A stretch of DNA of 64,000 nt from Lama guanicoe (lineage: Eukaryota). The notes under the pieces were generated by a model that saw nothing but the letters and a program-made list of their open reading frames with translations, had not been told where the DNA came from and searched no databases. The DNA lies in contig MU054974.1 in assembly GCA_013239625.1 (NCBI GenBank), positions 930,001-994,000 on the forward strand. Direction: 5' to 3'. Position numbers and translations under genes: made by a program. Below, piece after piece: positions 60,851 to 64,000 of the stretch; within the stretch, counting starts at the first letter, position 1; every line of letters begins with the position of its first letter.

Positions 60851-63695
60851 CTAAATAAATGCTAACACGGCGACACACACGACACCCTGCTGTCGCGATA
60901 CAGCTGGGACCCTCCCCCACGCTGGGAAAGCCCACCAGAACCTCCGGGCCACACTCGGCCACGTTCTGGCAGAAACAAGTGTGGGGCTGAAGCGGGTCCT
61001 TTCAGTCCAGCACCGACCCCCTGCGGGCTCCAACTCTGTGATTGGCACCTAGATTTAAAGCTTCTCTTTCTAAAGCGCATGGCCATGACATCAGTTCTTA
61101 CCCCCAACCCCGGTAAACGAGCTTGAGAAGGCCTGAACTGGGGTGCATCCTCTGACTGCAAACTCCTGCAAGCCCTGGCTTTGCCCAGAGTGACCTCTGC
61201 CCTCTCCTCCCCAAGTGTGTGACAGGCGCCACCTCTAGGGCTCCCCCTCGGGCCACACCCCTCTCCTTCCTGTGGGGCTCTGAGGGCACATGGTGGCCCA
61301 GACTCACCCCCAGACATCCCGCTTGGAGCTCCCTGTGCACCCGAGGTCTGTGCGATTTCGGGGGCTGAGCAGAAGCACCACCACACTGCCTGCCTTTCCC
61401 AGCGTGGCCCTGCCCTTCCGGCTCCACACACCCCGGCTGTGCCCCGCCGGGTACGTCCCCGTCACACCCACCCTCCGGCATCCTGCCGTCACCCCAGCTC
61501 GGCTCACGGGCGAGGCCAGTCTCAAAACTGCCCTCAGGGAACAGGTGCCTGGACACAACCAAGCTTCGCTCACCGGGTCTCGTGAAAAGTTTAAGCAAGG
61601 AGAGTAACGGACAACCCGCCAAAAGGCGACGGTGAGGAAGTGACACCGACAAGAGCAGAGCAGGCCCCCGGCTTTGCCGTACTCAGCCCTGCACGCCGCC
61701 AGTGACCCGGCCGTCAACGGCGCCGTGAGACAGGGGGCCACTCGGGTCCCAGGGGTGTGCCCGTGCCTGACCACAAAGCCTGAGCCATCAGTGTGGGCCA
61801 ACCCAGGGCCTCAGCCCCACGGCACTGGCCACGGGGCACCAGCTGTGCGGCTCTCCTGCCTCCGGGAGCAGCTGTGCATCCACCCCCTCCCCGGGTGACC
61901 CCAGACCCTCCAGGGCCCCGGTGGGACAGGTTTTACCTGCTGCTGCTGCCGCAGAGAAGAAACAGACTCACAGAACACAACCACCAGTCCAGAACCACAG
62001 TCAAGCTGGGACTCCCTCCCTCCCTCCCTCCCTCCAGGGCCTTGCGTTGCCCGGAGGCCTGGTCAGCGCATCCCAGGCTCTGCGACTGTCCTGGCACAAG
62101 AGCAGGGCAGAGACCGCTCTCTGCGGACGTTCTGTGCCCCCAGCCTGAGCCGATGCTCCTTCTGCCCTGCAGCCAGCAGCTCCCACCCTTGCTCCCCCGG
62201 GAATGCAGGGCAGAGACGAGGGCCTCCCAGCCCCACGGTGGGCACTTCAGAATCAGTGTCCCTTCTCTTCACCTTCTGCCAAGCGGTGAAGAGGCCACTA
62301 AATCTGCCCAGAACATCCAGAAACCAGGCTGGTGCAGGGCTGTGCTCGGGGCCACCTGGCGCAGCGCCCTGTACCCCAGGGACTCAAGGCCCACCTCCCG
62401 TGTCTACGTGTGGCTTCAGCAGGGACCTGACTCCTCTCGCCCTGCATGAGGCCCCCGGACCCAGCCCAGCTGCAGAAGGACAAGAAAGCTGCTCCTCTCG
62501 GCAGAGGCACCAGGGATGGGCCGGGAGCCTCACCAGGCCCAGGCCCGAGCAGGGATTTCTTTTTTAAGTCTCGAAGCCACAAAATGCCACTCTCTTTGCC
62601 TTGATCTCTAGTGATTCCTTAAAAGTACACAGCAGAAGCACAAAGTTAGGCCAGCTCGACCACAGGCCAGCAACTAACTCGAGTCGGCAAGGGCCAGGGC
62701 CACCGCCAGGCCTTTCCTTTTTACCCGGCCGCCCTCCCTGGACGTGGCCTTCCCCCCCAGCTTGGCAAAATCCATCTGGGAAGCCACACGCTCCAGCAAA
62801 AGCGCTGGGAGGGGCCCAGGCCACCTCACTCTGGCAGGACGCAAAGGAACAGTCACCATCCCGCCATCACAGGCCCAGCTCCACCCCAGTCATGACGGTG
62901 GGCCCCCAGCTGTTCACTGCTGAGCACACGCTGCAAGCACAAGCCTTGCAGCCTGACTGCTGGCTTCTACAGCCCTCCGAGGGCACGTCCAGGAACGCCA
63001 GCCCAGCCCTGGCCTCAGCCGAGCACCTGGCAGCAAAGGCCGTTACTCTGAGATTCTGCTGTCTCTGAACCATGTTCCGACCACACCAGCCCACAGCTGG
63101 TCAACGGGGGACCGAGGGGTCCCTGTCTGTCTGACCCCAGGTGGGCAGAAGCCGCGGGCAAGGTCAGAAGGACGTGTAACCCAGCGAGACGGCCATACTG
63201 GAAAAATCAAATGCCCGCGTCCGCCCAGACGGCACGACGGTGCCTGGGCATCACCTCTGCTAAAACTCCCCATGTGAAGTGATGCCCACGTCGCAGTGAT
63301 GCATCTGAAGTGACAGCACCCGCACCCCACAGTCCAGGAATTCACCCCGCGGCCTCCACGTGGTGAGGAGACCAGCCACGTGCCACGAGCCCCTGCGGGC
63401 CAGACCCGGCTCTGTGAAACCGCAGTCTGCCCCGGAGCCCAGCCTAGCGGTCCCAGGGCCCAAGGGGGCTGTTCCCCCAGTGCTCATAGTCCCACGGCGG
63501 GAGGGGTGGTCCCGTCCGAGTCCTGCGTCACCTTCTGGGTGACTCAGAACATGTGACACACGCACAAGTGGCAGCTGGTGCATCGTCATCATGCCGTCAT
63601 CTTCCAGGTGGAGGACACCAGCCGAGGGGAGAACCAGCCCTGCTCTGTCTCCTGCAGCCCCAGGAGGCCTCGCCCCTCTGGGACCACTGCTAAGA

Positions 63696-63878
63696 GCGGG
63701 TCAGGGGCGACGCGGGGACGGAGGGGGCGGGTCAGGGGCGACGCGGGGACGGAGGGGGCGGGTCAGGGACGACGTGGGGACGGAGGGGGAGGGTCAGGGG
63801 CGACATGAGGACGGAGGTGGGGGTGTCTTGAGTAGGTCAGGGGAGAAATGAGGACGGAGGTGGGGGTGTCTTGAGTCA
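63696..63878. repeat. 31-bp G-rich minisatellite with a diverged, longer terminal duplication
   Basis: gcgggtcaggggcgacgcggggacggagggg at 63696, 63727, 63758 and 63789, then a duplicated atgaggacggaggtgggggtgtcttgagt. Confidence 0.9.
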
Positions 63879-64000
63879 GGAGGTCGATCCCCTCAAACTA
63901 TGGCAAACAAAATCAACTGGAAAACCTGAAAGCCGTTCTAGAACGTTCTTACACCACATAAACTAGGCCACCTGCTCCACCCCCACCCCCACCGGGGTCC

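Noticed and set aside
45104-64000. Candidate SEMA4D 5'UTR exons or promoter (for example donor-like site near 53815 and acceptor-like site near 54424)
   Set aside because: Isolated splice-like motifs cannot be paired reliably from sequence alone, and no clear promoter is identifiable.

Overview
GC- and CpG-rich mammalian genomic DNA. The tRNA-derived SINEs resemble the camelid Vic-1-like family, so alpaca or camel is likely (inference). Two convergent genes are present. On the + strand are the last five coding exons and 3'UTR of SECISBP2 (L7Ae SECIS-binding region, stop at 8691-8693). On the - strand is the complete coding region of SEMA4D/CD100: 14 coding exons from 44849 to 23716, 2586 nt, 861 aa, all GT-AG junctions with consistent phase. 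Between them lies a second, intact four-exon 3' cassette (22261-11939) that splices in frame onto the PSI-domain exon. It encodes a 733-aa transmembrane-less isoform, matching the human SEMA4D isoform 2 / former C9orf164 C-terminus as I recall it. The cassette is the most interesting element: it encodes an intron-split C1-set-like Ig domain followed by a Trp-rich heptad helix ending in Cys. Other points are an in-frame alternative donor, a PRPG-to-PQPG change in the sema domain, a uORF, back-to-back poly(A) signals, a SINE dimer with one target-site duplication inside a Tigger1 remnant, and AT-to-GC erosion of old repeats. Most ORFs in the supplied track are GC-driven noise. One 35-nt assembly gap lies inside a minisatellite.
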